A DNA stretch of 64,000 nucleotides from Actinomycetales bacterium mxb001. GTDB lineage: Bacteria > Actinomycetota > Actinomycetes > S36-B12. This document shows, piece by piece, positions 9,912 through 18,549 of the stretch. The position numbers and the translations under genes were made by a program. Numbering within the stretch: the stretch's first letter is position 1; each line of letters begins with the position of its first letter. Location of the stretch: positions 4,939 to 68,938 of the forward strand of contig NBNH01000208.1 of NCBI GenBank assembly GCA_004379115.1, given 5' to 3'. The notes beneath the pieces were generated by a model. It was not told the DNA's origin. It saw only the letters and a list, made by a program, of their open reading frames with translations, and searched no databases.

Positions 9912-10451
9912 CTAGGAGCGCAAGTGTCCGCGCTCGCCCTGGGTCGCGGCGGCCTCAGGTGACAGCGCGTGGATGTCGTCGGCCGTGGCCGTCGTTCCCT
10001 CCACCGTTGCGCGCACGTGCACGGTGTCGCCTACCTGGGCGGACGCGGCGTGGTCACGATCACGTTCCTGGTCGGTCTGGGCCGTGATCGCGTAGGTGCT
10101 CGTGAAGCCGTCGGTGCTGCGGACGCTGATCGACGTCGGCGACGCCGCGGTGACCTCGCCCTCCTGCAGGCGCACGGTCACGATCGAGCCGTCCTCTTCC
10201 TCGACGACCATCTCCCCGTGCAGGACGTCGCCCCGCGGGCCGTCGGGACCACCGGGTCCGCCCATGCCGTGGTGGTCCTCATGCGGCCCACCGGGACCCT
10301 GCGGCCCATCGGGGCCCTGGGGTCCGCGGTCACTCGAGGCGGGCCCTCGGTCATGGGCCGTCAGGCTGGCAGCGGCGGCGGTCGCGCCCCCCACTGCAGC
10401 GATCCCCAGCACGCTTGCCGCCGCGATCGCGATGATGCTCGAGGTCTTCAC
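9912..10451 (-). CDS. Secreted hypothetical protein with a short Gly-Pro-X / His-rich segment
   Basis: A GTG at 10451 is preceded by GAGGAG. The signal-peptide-like N-terminus is VKTSSIIAIAAASVLGIAAVGGATAAAAS. It is followed by GPQGPDGPQGPGGPHEDHHGMGGPGGPDGPRG and a beta-rich C-terminal half. The longer ORF-track N-terminus (to 10739) overlaps the next gene in antisense. Confidence 0.55.
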   Translation of the reverse strand: MKTSSIIAIAAASVLGIAAVGGATAAAASLTAHDRGPASSDRGPQGPDGPQGPGGPHEDHHGMGGPGGPDGPRGDVLHGEMVVEEEDGSIVTVRLQEGEVTAASPTSISVRSTDGFTSTYAITAQTDQERDRDHAASAQVGDTVHVRATVEGTTATADDIHALSPEAAATQGERGHLRS

Positions 10452-10557
10452 GTGGTCTCCTCTCGTCCGGCGGTCGCCGGGCTCGCTGGTCAGCCTGCGG
10501 GCAGAACGTGAAGGACCCGTGTGCCCCGTGTACGGGTCACGTAAGTCTCGTGCCACG

Positions 10558-10881
10558 ATGGGAGCAATGAGCCTGCTCTTCCTGCTGATCGGTGTCGCCG
10601 TCATCGGCGGCGTCGTCCTGCTGGCCACCGGTCGCGTACGCGCGTCGTTGCCCGAACCCGATGAGACGCCGGCCATGCCAGCCCTGACCGACGTGCCCGT
10701 GGGTGACCTCTCGGCCGAAGCGATCGAGCAGGTGCGCATCGACCAGGCGTTGCGCGGCTACCGCATGGACGAGGTCGACGAGCTCGTCGACCGCCTCGGC
10801 GCCGAGATCACCGCCCGCGACGAGCTCCTCGCCCAGCAGCAGGCCGAGATCGACCGGCTGCGGGGCTCCGGGGGCGAGTAG
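10558..10881 (+). CDS. DivIVA domain-containing small membrane protein
   Basis: The ATG at 10558 gives MGAMSLLFLLIGVAVIGGVVLLATG (one TM helix). It is followed by the DivIVA-type motif FDQALRGYRMDEVDELVDRL-like sequence (IDQALRGYRMDEVDELVDRLGAEI) and a coiled coil. Confidence 0.7.
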   Translation: MGAMSLLFLLIGVAVIGGVVLLATGRVRASLPEPDETPAMPALTDVPVGDLSAEAIEQVRIDQALRGYRMDEVDELVDRLGAEITARDELLAQQQAEIDRLRGSGGE

Positions 10882-10883
10882 CC

Positions 10884-11390
10884 CTACTTGAGGGGCCCCG
10901 ACGAGATGTCGGTGGTGGTCATGGCCTCGTCGAAGGCCCAGCTCGACAGGAAGATGCCGTACGTGCCCGAAACGGCGGGTGCGGTCAGGGCACCCGACAT
11001 GATGCGCACCTTGACGTTGCCCTTGGTCATCGTGCCCTTGAGCGCCAGGCGCAGGACGGCGTCCTCGCCCTCCTGTGTCCAGCCGCATTCGGCAACCGTG
11101 ACCTTCGCGGGCAGGGTGACCCGCGCCACCGATGACGGACAAGCGCCCTTGCCGTAGGCGAATGTGCGCTCGGCCCGAAAACCGGACAGCGAGATGTCGA
11201 GTGAGATGTCGGCGTAGGACGTCTGAGTCAGCCTGGTCTTGATGACCGCGTCGGTACTCGCGCCGGCGTAGGGAGCGCTGAGGGAGGCAGTCGGAGCGCC
11301 GAGCACCTCAACCGCCGCAGAGGCGGGCGGTGCCATCGTCACGGCGACGGCGAGCAGGGGCACGGGCAGCAGGGCGACCAAGCGGCGCAT
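10884..11390 (-). CDS. Secreted hypothetical protein
   Basis: 168 aa. It has a clear signal peptide (MRRLVALLPVPLLAVAVTMAPPASA) and high third-position GC. I recognise no family motif. Confidence 0.6.
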   Translation of the reverse strand: MRRLVALLPVPLLAVAVTMAPPASAAVEVLGAPTASLSAPYAGASTDAVIKTRLTQTSYADISLDISLSGFRAERTFAYGKGACPSSVARVTLPAKVTVAECGWTQEGEDAVLRLALKGTMTKGNVKVRIMSGALTAPAVSGTYGIFLSSWAFDEAMTTTDISSGPLK

Positions 11391-11564
11391 GGGGGCTCCT
11401 TCGTCAGGGTCCAGGGACCCGCAGTGTTGCAGGCGCGCTGGGCGGGGGCAGCGGCCCCCTCACGGTCTCGGCGCCCCTGTCGGGCTTACCCGGGTCGGCA
11501 TGGGGGATAATGATCCGACACCGCCGGGCGGCGGGTCGGATTCGTTCCCACGAAAGGGGTCACG

Positions 11565-11732
11565 ATGGCCGCCATGAAGCCGCGTACCGGCGACGGGCCC
11601 ATGGAGGTGACCAAAGAGGGGCGTGGCTACGTCATGCGCGTGCCCCTCGAAGGCGGGGGGCGCCTCGTGGTCGAACTCAACGGCGCTGAAGCCAAGGAAC
11701 TGGGCGACAAGCTGCTCGCTGTCGTCCCCTAG
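11565..11732 (+). CDS. DUF3117 domain-containing small protein (55 aa), highly conserved in Actinobacteria
   Basis: It is below the ORF-track size cut-off. Manual translation gives MAAMKPRTGDGPMEVTKEGRGYVMRVPLEGGGRLVVELNGAEAKELGDKLLAVVP. GAAAGGGG lies upstream of the ATG. The sequence is near-identical in pattern to the mycobacterial MAAMKPRTGDGPLE... protein as I remember it. Confidence 0.8.
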   Translation: MAAMKPRTGDGPMEVTKEGRGYVMRVPLEGGGRLVVELNGAEAKELGDKLLAVVP

Positions 11733-11742
11733 ATCTCGCACG

Positions 11743-11773
11743 CGACCCGGGCTGCCCATGGGCGCCCGGGTCG
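11743..11773. terminator. GC-rich hairpin between convergent genes (DUF3117 / O-methyltransferase); candidate bidirectional terminator
   Basis: CGACCCGGGC (11743-11752) pairs with GCCCGGGTCG (11764-11773), a 10-bp perfect stem with an 11-nt loop. There is no U-tract. Confidence 0.45.
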
Positions 11774-11786
11774 TTGCCTGCCCGGA

Positions 11787-12452
11787 TCAGATGTCGCCGG
11801 AGTCCTCGACGTCCGGGACCCGGCGTACCGCCACGGCCACTCCCTCGCCGACGGTCAGCAGGCTGGCCGTCCAGTCGGGGTCGTCACGCAGGTGCTGGAG
11901 CAGGTCGCGGTGGGTCGGCTCCACACCGTCGTCGGACAGGGCGTGGGTGATGGCGATGGCGCCACCGGGCCGCAGCAGGCGGCTGGCCTGGCGCAGCAGG
12001 TCGTGCTCCTCGCCGACGCCCAGGGAGATCCCCGGTCCGATGACGAGAAGGTCGTAGGCGCCGTCGGTCAGGCGCGTGAGCACGTCGAAGGGGTTGCCCG
12101 CGATAGCCCGCACGCGAGTGTGGGGGATACGCATGCGCGTGAACGTCGCGCGGGCGGCAGCGGCCAACTCCGGATCGGGATCGACCGTCGTGAGCGTCGC
12201 CGCATCATCGAGTCCGCCGAGGATCCATCCGCCGGAGACACCCGTGCCGGATCCCACCTCGACAACGGCGCGCGCACCGAGTGAGGCGGCCACCAGACGC
12301 AACAGTGATCCCGCCGGGCGACTGAGTGCGGCCGTGCCCATGCTGGCGGCCGTGCGGCGTGCGGCCGCGACCTCGGGGTCCTCCTCCGCCCAGGCATCGG
12401 CGTAGGCCCAGGTGAGCGGGCTCGGGGGAATGTCAGTCGAGGCGTGATCCAC
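11787..12452 (-). CDS. Class I SAM-dependent O-methyltransferase (family 3)
   Basis: 221 aa. The SAM motif is AVVEVGSGTGVSGGWILGGL, and the later motif DLLVIGPG is present. Confidence 0.8.
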   Translation of the reverse strand: MDHASTDIPPSPLTWAYADAWAEEDPEVAAARRTAASMGTAALSRPAGSLLRLVAASLGARAVVEVGSGTGVSGGWILGGLDDAATLTTVDPDPELAAAARATFTRMRIPHTRVRAIAGNPFDVLTRLTDGAYDLLVIGPGISLGVGEEHDLLRQASRLLRPGGAIAITHALSDDGVEPTHRDLLQHLRDDPDWTASLLTVGEGVAVAVRRVPDVEDSGDI

Positions 12453-12508
12453 GGGGGGAGCCTAGTAGGGGCCGCCCCCGCGTCGACCGGCGATGAGACG
12501 ATGACGCC

Positions 12509-13594
12509 GTGCAGGCTCAGCGACGCGGCCTTCCGACCTGGGCCTGGGTGACCGTGGTCGTGGTCGCCGCAGTGGTGCTTGGGGCGGTTGCCGGCCTCGT
12601 CGGCGGTGCCGTGGGCTTCCTCCTGGCCCGCCAGGCGCCTGACCAGCAGATCACGCGCGTCCCCTCGGTGGTCGCCCCGGATTCCCCCCGGGGCGAGGGC
12701 ACCGTTGCCGCGATCGCCGAGTCCGCCCTTCCGGGGGTGGTCTCCATCGCGGTCGACGGCTCCTCGGGGTCGGGCACGGGATCGGGATTCGTCCTGCGCG
12801 AGGACGGCTACATCGTCACCAACAATCACGTCATCGCCGGTGCGGCCGACGGAGCGGGCAGCATCGACGTGGTCCTCGCGGACGGACGTCGACTCCCGGC
12901 GACCGTGGTGGGCCGCAACGTGTCCTACGACATCGCCGTGCTGGCCGTCGTGGCCAACGACCTTCCGGTGCTCGACGTGGGCGACTCTGACGGGGTGACC
13001 GTAGGCGACACCGTCATCGCGATTGGCGCACCGCTCGGCCTCGACGGCACGGTCACGGTGGGTATCGTCAGCGCGCTCGATCGCCCCGTCACGGTGGGCG
13101 AAGACGAAGATGCCTCGTTCATCAGCGCGATCCAAACCGATGCCGCCATCAATCCCGGCAACTCCGGCGGTCCGCTGCTCGATGGGGCGGGTCGCGTCAT
13201 CGGCGTCACCTCCGCGATCGCCACGCTGGCGCAGGAGCGCGGCAACATCGGGCTCGGGTTCGCCATCCCGGTGAACGCCGTCCAGCGCATCGCCGGGGAG
13301 ATCATCGAGACGGGCAGTTCCTCGACACCCATCCTGGGCGTCACCCTCGACACCAGGTTCGACGGACGCGGTGCCCTCATCGGCACGGTGACCCCCGATG
13401 GTCCGGCCGAGCGCGCCGGCCTGATCCCCGGAGACGTCGTGCTGTCGCTCGCGGGCCGTCCCGTGGCCAATGCCGACGAACTCGTGGTGGCCATTCGCGA
13501 CAACATCCCGGGGCAGACCGTTGCGGTCGTGGCCGAGCGCGGCGGGGTCGTGCGGGAGTTCGAGGTCACCCTCGGCTCCCGGCCCGACGAGTAG
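12509..13594 (+). CDS. HtrA-like trypsin-family serine protease (S1C) with a C-terminal PDZ domain, membrane-anchored
   Basis: 361 aa with an N-terminal TM helix. The catalytic triad context is YIVTNNHVI, YDIAVL, GNSGGPLL. The PDZ-like region reads LGVTLD...GLIPGDVVLSLAGRPV. Confidence 0.85.
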   Translation: MQAQRRGLPTWAWVTVVVVAAVVLGAVAGLVGGAVGFLLARQAPDQQITRVPSVVAPDSPRGEGTVAAIAESALPGVVSIAVDGSSGSGTGSGFVLREDGYIVTNNHVIAGAADGAGSIDVVLADGRRLPATVVGRNVSYDIAVLAVVANDLPVLDVGDSDGVTVGDTVIAIGAPLGLDGTVTVGIVSALDRPVTVGEDEDASFISAIQTDAAINPGNSGGPLLDGAGRVIGVTSAIATLAQERGNIGLGFAIPVNAVQRIAGEIIETGSSSTPILGVTLDTRFDGRGALIGTVTPDGPAERAGLIPGDVVLSLAGRPVANADELVVAIRDNIPGQTVAVVAERGGVVREFEVTLGSRPDE

Positions 13595-13616
13595 CGGGGC
13601 GGCGTACCCTTACGAC

Positions 13617-13952
13617 GTGTTCGATATCGGATTGGGAGAGATCCTGATCCTGGCGATCCTCGGGCTGCTCATCTTCGGTCCCGAGCGACTTCCGCGCGCC
13701 GCGTCCGATGCGGCCAAGATGATGCGCAATGTCCGCGCCATGGCGAGCAATGCCCGGCGCGACCTCGCCGACTCCGCTGGCGTTGATCTCAGCGATGCCA
13801 AGGATGCCCTGCGCGATCTGCAGGACCTGCATCCGCGTCGCATGGTGTCGGGCATCTTCGATGACGAAGGCGACGAGCCGACCACGCCGACGCGCAAGAA
13901 GTCTGGTGAGGCCGGCGCCGCGACCCCGAAGTTCGACCCCGACGCGACCTAG
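13617..13952 (+). CDS. tatB: Sec-independent protein translocase subunit TatB
   Basis: The in-frame GTG at 13617 gives VFDIGLGEILILAILGLLIFGPERLPRAASDAAKMMRNVR (TatA/B signature). An acidic/basic tail follows. Confidence 0.8.
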   Translation: MFDIGLGEILILAILGLLIFGPERLPRAASDAAKMMRNVRAMASNARRDLADSAGVDLSDAKDALRDLQDLHPRRMVSGIFDDEGDEPTTPTRKKSGEAGAATPKFDPDAT

Positions 13953-15091
13953 GCGCGCCCGGCGGGCGAGATGCCCAGCGACATCCCGGCCAGGCCACGC
14001 GGCTTGCGCGCCAGGCCTCCGGCGAGCTCGATGAGCGCGGCAGCCGCGGGAGCGGAGGGATCGCTCAGCACGAGCGGCTGCCCGGCGTCGCCACCCTCGC
14101 GCAGTCGCACGTCGAAGGGGATGCGTCCGAGCAGCGGCACCTCGGTGCTCAAGCCCGCGGAGAGTTGTTCCGCCACGCGCAGGCCACCGCCGATACCGAA
14201 CAGGTCGATGGGCTCGCCGCAGTGCGGGCAGGGGAAGCCGCTCATGTTCTCGATGACACCGGCCACCTTCTGGTGCGTCTGGCCGGCGAGCATGCCGGCG
14301 CGCACGGCGACATCGGCTGCTGCTGCCTGTGGCGTGGTCACGACGATGACCTGGGATCCGGGCAGCAATTGCGCGGTCGAGATCGCGATGTCACCGGTGC
14401 CCGGCGGTAGGTCGAGCAGTAGCACGTCGAGGTCGCCCCACCACACATCGGTGAGGAACTGCTGGAGTGCGCGGTGCAGCATGGGGCCGCGGAAGGCCAC
14501 GGGCTCCGCGCTCCCGCCCGGCTTGAACGGCAGCATCGAGATGGCCCGCACGCCGTAGGCCTCGGGCGGCATGATCATGCCTTCGACGACGGTCGGCGGA
14601 GTCGTGATGCCGAGCAGGCCCGGCACCGAGTGGCCGTAGATGTCGGCATCGACGATCCCGACGGTGACGCCCTGCGCGGCCATCGCGACGGCAAGGTTGA
14701 CGGTCACCGAACTCTTGCCGACCCCGCCCTTGCCCGAGGTGATGGCGTAGACGTGGGTGCGCGAACCGGGCTGGGCGAAGGGGATTTCCTTCTCCTCGCG
14801 GCCGCCGCGCAGGGTGCTGCGCAGATTCGCGCGCTGCTCGTCGTTCATGACATCGAGTTCGACGTCGACATGCCGCACCCCGGGGACCGATCCGACGGCG
14901 ATCGTCACGCGCTGGGTGATGGTGTCGCGCATGGGGCAGCCCGAGACCGTGAGGTAGATCGCGACCTTCACACGGTCACCCTCGATATCGACCGACTTCA
15001 CCATGCCGAGCTCGGTGATGGGCCGGTGGATCTCGGGGTCTTCCACCCGGGCGAGGGCGGCGTCGACCAGGGACCGATCGATGGAGGTCAT
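13949..15091 (-). CDS. mrp: Mrp/ApbC/NBP35 family Fe-S cluster carrier ATPase
   Basis: 380 aa. It has an N-terminal DUF59-like domain. The deviant Walker A is ITSGKGGVGKSSVTVNLA, and the CPHCG motif is present. Confidence 0.9.
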   Translation of the reverse strand: MTSIDRSLVDAALARVEDPEIHRPITELGMVKSVDIEGDRVKVAIYLTVSGCPMRDTITQRVTIAVGSVPGVRHVDVELDVMNDEQRANLRSTLRGGREEKEIPFAQPGSRTHVYAITSGKGGVGKSSVTVNLAVAMAAQGVTVGIVDADIYGHSVPGLLGITTPPTVVEGMIMPPEAYGVRAISMLPFKPGGSAEPVAFRGPMLHRALQQFLTDVWWGDLDVLLLDLPPGTGDIAISTAQLLPGSQVIVVTTPQAAAADVAVRAGMLAGQTHQKVAGVIENMSGFPCPHCGEPIDLFGIGGGLRVAEQLSAGLSTEVPLLGRIPFDVRLREGGDAGQPLVLSDPSAPAAAALIELAGGLARKPRGLAGMSLGISPAGRA

Positions 15092-15630
15092 GCGTTGATG
15101 CTAGGCCCCGACCCCTCGTCGTGCGATTCCTGCCCGCGCGCGAGCGATTCGGAGATCTCATCGGCCAGGTCGCGTAGCTCGCTGCGCATGTAGTCACGCG
15201 TGGCAACCTCGCCGAGGGCCATGCGCAGGGCCGCGATCTCCCGTGTGAGGTACTCCGTGTCGGCGATGAGCCGCTCAGTGCTCGCGCGGTCCTCGAGGTA
15301 TTGCACGCGATCTCGATCAGCCTGCCGGTTTTGGGCGAGCAGGATGAGCGGAGCGGCGTACGACGCCTGGAGCGACAGCATCAGGGTGAGGAAGATGAAG
15401 GGATAGGGATCGGGCTTCAGGTTGTCTGGCGCGAAGATGTTCCAGAGGAGCCACGCGATGATGACGGCGGTCATCCACGCGATGAAGCGCCAACTGCCGA
15501 TGAAGCGCGCGATGCGCTCGCTCAGGCGTCCCCACTGCTCCGGGTCGTACGTCGGCCCGCGCAGCCGGCTGCGCTCGAGCGGCTGGTCCATGCGCAGCTC
15601 TGCGCGACGGCGCGGACGCGGCGTCTTCAT
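15088..15630 (-). CDS. DUF1003 domain-containing membrane protein
   Basis: 180 aa. The motif is FIGSWRFIAWMTAVIIAWLLWN...DPYPFIFLTLMLSLQASYAAPLILLAQNRQADRDR. ATGA overlaps occur at both ends (15088-15091 and 15627-15630). Confidence 0.85.
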   Translation of the reverse strand: MKTPRPRRRAELRMDQPLERSRLRGPTYDPEQWGRLSERIARFIGSWRFIAWMTAVIIAWLLWNIFAPDNLKPDPYPFIFLTLMLSLQASYAAPLILLAQNRQADRDRVQYLEDRASTERLIADTEYLTREIAALRMALGEVATRDYMRSELRDLADEISESLARGQESHDEGSGPSINA

Positions 15631-16898
15631 GACGGTGCTCCCGGCTGCTCATGGTCGCGCCAGTCCTCGGGAAGCATGTGGTCGATGAGGTCGTCGACGG
15701 TCACCGCGCCGATCAGCCGGTCGTCTTCATCGACCACGGGAAGTGCCACGAGGTTGTAGGTGGCGAAGTAGCGGGCCACGGTGGCGACGTCGGTCTCGGG
15801 ACCGATGGGCTCGAGGTAGGTGTCGACGACGCCGGAGACCAGGGCGGCCGGGGGTTCGCGCAGCAGGCGCTGGAAGTGACAGGTGCCGAGGAATCGTCCG
15901 GTGGGCGTGTCCATGGGGGGTCGGACGACGTAGACCTGGGCGGCGAGCGAGGGCGAGAGCTCGGGGTTGCGCACGCGTGCCAGCGCGTCGGCCACGGTGG
16001 CGTCGGGTGGAAGCACCACCGGCTCGGTCGTCATCATGCCGCCAGCGGTGTAGTCGCCATACGTGAGGAGGCGACGGATGTCGTCGGCTTCCTCGGGCTC
16101 CATGCGCTCGAGGAGGTCGGCGGCCTGCTCGGGAGGCAACTCGGAGATGAGGTCGGCCGCGTCGTCGGGATCCATCTCCTCGAGCACGTCGGCGGCTCGT
16201 TCAGCCTCAAGCGACTGCATGATCTCGACCTGCTCGTCCTCGGGCAGCTCCTCGAGCACGTCGGCGAGGCGCTCGTCGTCGAGTTCGCGCACGACATCGA
16301 GTCGACGTGACGCGGACATCTGCTGGATCGCGTGTGCCAGGTCGGGAGGCGTGAGTCCGTCGAGCGACGCGAGCAGGCTGGCCGCGCCCTGCTCGCCCGG
16401 CGGCAGCGTCAGCCCGTCGACGGCAGACCAGTCGACGATGCGCGTCTGGCCCTTGCGGCGCAGCCCATGGCCCTCGCGAATGAAGAGCTGGGTGACGAAC
16501 CAATCCCGGTTGGGGCGCTGCTCGATCGCGGCATCGACGATCGTCACCGTCGTCGGATGCCCCGCGCGACCGGGTTCCACCAGGGTGACCCGACGGTCGA
16601 GGAGTTCGCCCATCACCAGCGTCTCTCCGGAGCGCTGTTCGAAACGACGCAGGTTGACCACGCCATTGACGACGACCTGACCACTGTCGATCGTCGAGAC
16701 TCGGGTCATCGGAACGAAGATCCGGCGGCGTCCGACGACTTCGACGACGAGTCCGACAACGCGGGGAGGCTGGGCATCGGCCCGCAGCATCGTGACGACA
16801 TCGCGTACGCGACCCACCTGCTCGGCATTGGGGTCAAAGACCTCAGCCCGGGCAAGGCGCGCCACGAAGACTCGAGTAGGGGTCGTCACGCGGCCCAA
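15627..16898 (-). CDS. MgtE N-terminal domain plus CBS-pair protein (no MgtE transmembrane domain), with a PRC-barrel-like N-terminus
   Basis: 423 aa. The acidic MgtE_N-type repeats read LADVLEELPEDEQVEIMQSLEAERAADVLEEMDPDDAADLISELPPEQAADLLERMEPEEADDIRRLL. A CBS pair follows (ATYNLVALPVVDEDDRLIGAVTVDDLIDHM). There are no hydrophobic helices. Confidence 0.85.
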   Translation of the reverse strand: MGRVTTPTRVFVARLARAEVFDPNAEQVGRVRDVVTMLRADAQPPRVVGLVVEVVGRRRIFVPMTRVSTIDSGQVVVNGVVNLRRFEQRSGETLVMGELLDRRVTLVEPGRAGHPTTVTIVDAAIEQRPNRDWFVTQLFIREGHGLRRKGQTRIVDWSAVDGLTLPPGEQGAASLLASLDGLTPPDLAHAIQQMSASRRLDVVRELDDERLADVLEELPEDEQVEIMQSLEAERAADVLEEMDPDDAADLISELPPEQAADLLERMEPEEADDIRRLLTYGDYTAGGMMTTEPVVLPPDATVADALARVRNPELSPSLAAQVYVVRPPMDTPTGRFLGTCHFQRLLREPPAALVSGVVDTYLEPIGPETDVATVARYFATYNLVALPVVDEDDRLIGAVTVDDLIDHMLPEDWRDHEQPGAPS

Positions 16899-16934
16899 GG
16901 GTACCCCCCTCCGACCAGTGGGTAGGGTCGCCGC

Positions 16935-17912
16935 ATGAGCAGCACGACTCCCGGGCCTGCGCGCACCATGCGCTCCCGTCGGTCCAATCTCGCGGTGCCG
17001 GGTTCGAGTCCCAAGATGCTCGACAAGGCCCGTGGCCTGCCGGCCGACCAGGTCTTCATGGATATCGAGGACGCCGTCGCCCCGCTGGCCAAGCCCGAGG
17101 CCCGCAAGAACATCGTTGCGGCACTCAACGAGGGCGGTTACGAGGGCAAGGTACGCGCGGTCCGCGTCAACGACTGGACCACGCAGTGGACCTATGCCGA
17201 TGTCGTCGAGGTCGTCGAAGGTGCTGGCCCCAACCTCGACTGCATCATGCTGCCGAAGGTGCAGACAGCCGAGCAGATCGTCGCACTCGACCTGCTGCTG
17301 ACACAGATCGAGAAGGCCAATGGCTTCGAGGTGGGTCGCATCGGTATCGAGGCCCAGATCGAAAACGCTATGGGCCTGATCAACGTCGATGCGATCGCCG
17401 CGGCGTCACCGCGCGTCGAGACCATCATCTTCGGGCCCGCCGACTTCATGGCCAGCATCAACATGAAGTCCCTGGTCGTCGGTGAGCAGCCGCCCGGCTA
17501 CGACGTCGGCGACGCGTATCACTACATCCTCATGCGCATCCTCATGGCGGCCCGTGCCTACGACAAGCAGGCGATCGACGGCCCCTACCTGCAGATCAAG
17601 GACGTCGATGGCTACCGCCGGGTCGCCGGGCGCAGCGCCGCACTCGGCTTCGACGGCAAGTGGGTGCTGCACCCGGGGCAGATCGACGCGGCCAACGAGA
17701 TCTACAGCCCCCGCCAGGAGGACTACGACAAGGCCGAGCTCATCCTCGACGCCTACGACTACGCGACATCGCTTCAGGGCGGCGCCAAGGGGGCGGTCAT
17801 GCTCGGCGACGAGATGATCGACGAGGCGTCACGCAAGATGGCCATCGTGGTGTCGGCCAAGGGCCGTGCGGCCGGCATGGTGCGCACGACAAGCTTCACC
17901 CCGCCGGAGTAG
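16935..17912 (+). CDS. HpcH/HpaI aldolase / citrate lyase beta (CitE)-like acyl-CoA lyase
   Basis: 325 aa. The motif is RSNLAVPGSSPKMLDKARGLPADQVFMDIEDAV...IGIEAQIENAMGL...FGPADF...GFDGKWVLHPGQI. Confidence 0.85.
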   Translation: MSSTTPGPARTMRSRRSNLAVPGSSPKMLDKARGLPADQVFMDIEDAVAPLAKPEARKNIVAALNEGGYEGKVRAVRVNDWTTQWTYADVVEVVEGAGPNLDCIMLPKVQTAEQIVALDLLLTQIEKANGFEVGRIGIEAQIENAMGLINVDAIAAASPRVETIIFGPADFMASINMKSLVVGEQPPGYDVGDAYHYILMRILMAARAYDKQAIDGPYLQIKDVDGYRRVAGRSAALGFDGKWVLHPGQIDAANEIYSPRQEDYDKAELILDAYDYATSLQGGAKGAVMLGDEMIDEASRKMAIVVSAKGRAAGMVRTTSFTPPE

Positions 17913-17918
17913 CAGGCC

Positions 17919-18521
17919 GTGGAGCGCGCCGAGGCGGCTGCCCTGCTCGGTGTCGGCGTCGACGCGACCCCCGACGAGGTCCGTCGTGCCTGGCGGCTCT
18001 GGGCTCGCGAAATGCACCCTGACCGCGGCGGAAGCCGGCGTGACTTCGAACGGCTGAGCCGTGCGCGCGCACTGCTCCTCGCGCCGCTGCCCGTCGCACC
18101 GGCGATGCCCGCGCCATCGCCGCGTCGCTCCTGGCGCGATGTCATCGTGATCCCCGACGGTCGAGGTCTTCTTCTCGTGGTGGGACTCGTCGTTGTGTCC
18201 GTCGTCGCCGTGCTCGTTGCGCCCCTCGGGCCGATGCCGTGGTCGCTGGCCGGAGCCGCCGCCGCGGCTGCCGCCACCAGCGTGGTCGCCGGTCGCATCT
18301 TCCTGCGTGGCCCCGACCTCGGCCACGTGATCGTCGCCAGGTTCGTCGCCTGGCTCGCCGTCACGTCACTTCAGTGCGTCGTCGGTGCCATCGCGGGCAT
18401 TGCGGTCATCGAGGCGCTGCCCCTGCTCGCCGTGCCCTTCGTGGCGGGTATCTCCCTGCTCAATCCGGGGGCCGGGCTGTGGCGTCCCTCTCGATCTGCC
18501 AGGGGAGTTAACGTCCGTTAG
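17919..18521 (+). CDS. J-domain (DnaJ-like) protein with a C-terminal multi-pass membrane region
   Basis: 200 aa. The J-domain core is LGVGVDATPDEVRRAWRLWAREMHPDRGG, with an HPD tripeptide. About four hydrophobic helices follow. The GTG start lies 6 nt after the CitE-like stop. Confidence 0.65.
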   Translation: MERAEAAALLGVGVDATPDEVRRAWRLWAREMHPDRGGSRRDFERLSRARALLLAPLPVAPAMPAPSPRRSWRDVIVIPDGRGLLLVVGLVVVSVVAVLVAPLGPMPWSLAGAAAAAAATSVVAGRIFLRGPDLGHVIVARFVAWLAVTSLQCVVGAIAGIAVIEALPLLAVPFVAGISLLNPGAGLWRPSRSARGVNVR

Positions 18522-18549
18522 CATCGCCCTCTAGCGCGAGGAGGCAGCG

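Noticed and set aside
9844-11773. A possible REP-like family defined by the shared arms CGACCCGGG / CCCGGGTCG, seen at 9844-9903 and 11743-11773, with related GGGTCGG strings at 9225 and 11492.
   Set aside because: A rough expectation for a GC-rich 9-mer at this base composition is several occurrences per 64 kb on two strands. The sharing is therefore not significant without a genome-wide count.
12068-13135. A 355-aa minus-strand ORF overlapping the O-methyltransferase 5' region and the HtrA-like gene. I considered it as a possible location for the missing sigE/rseA.
   Set aside because: It has no sigma-70 region 2/4 or anti-sigma motifs. It is Arg/His/Asp/Gly-rich and antisense to the protease catalytic-triad frame.
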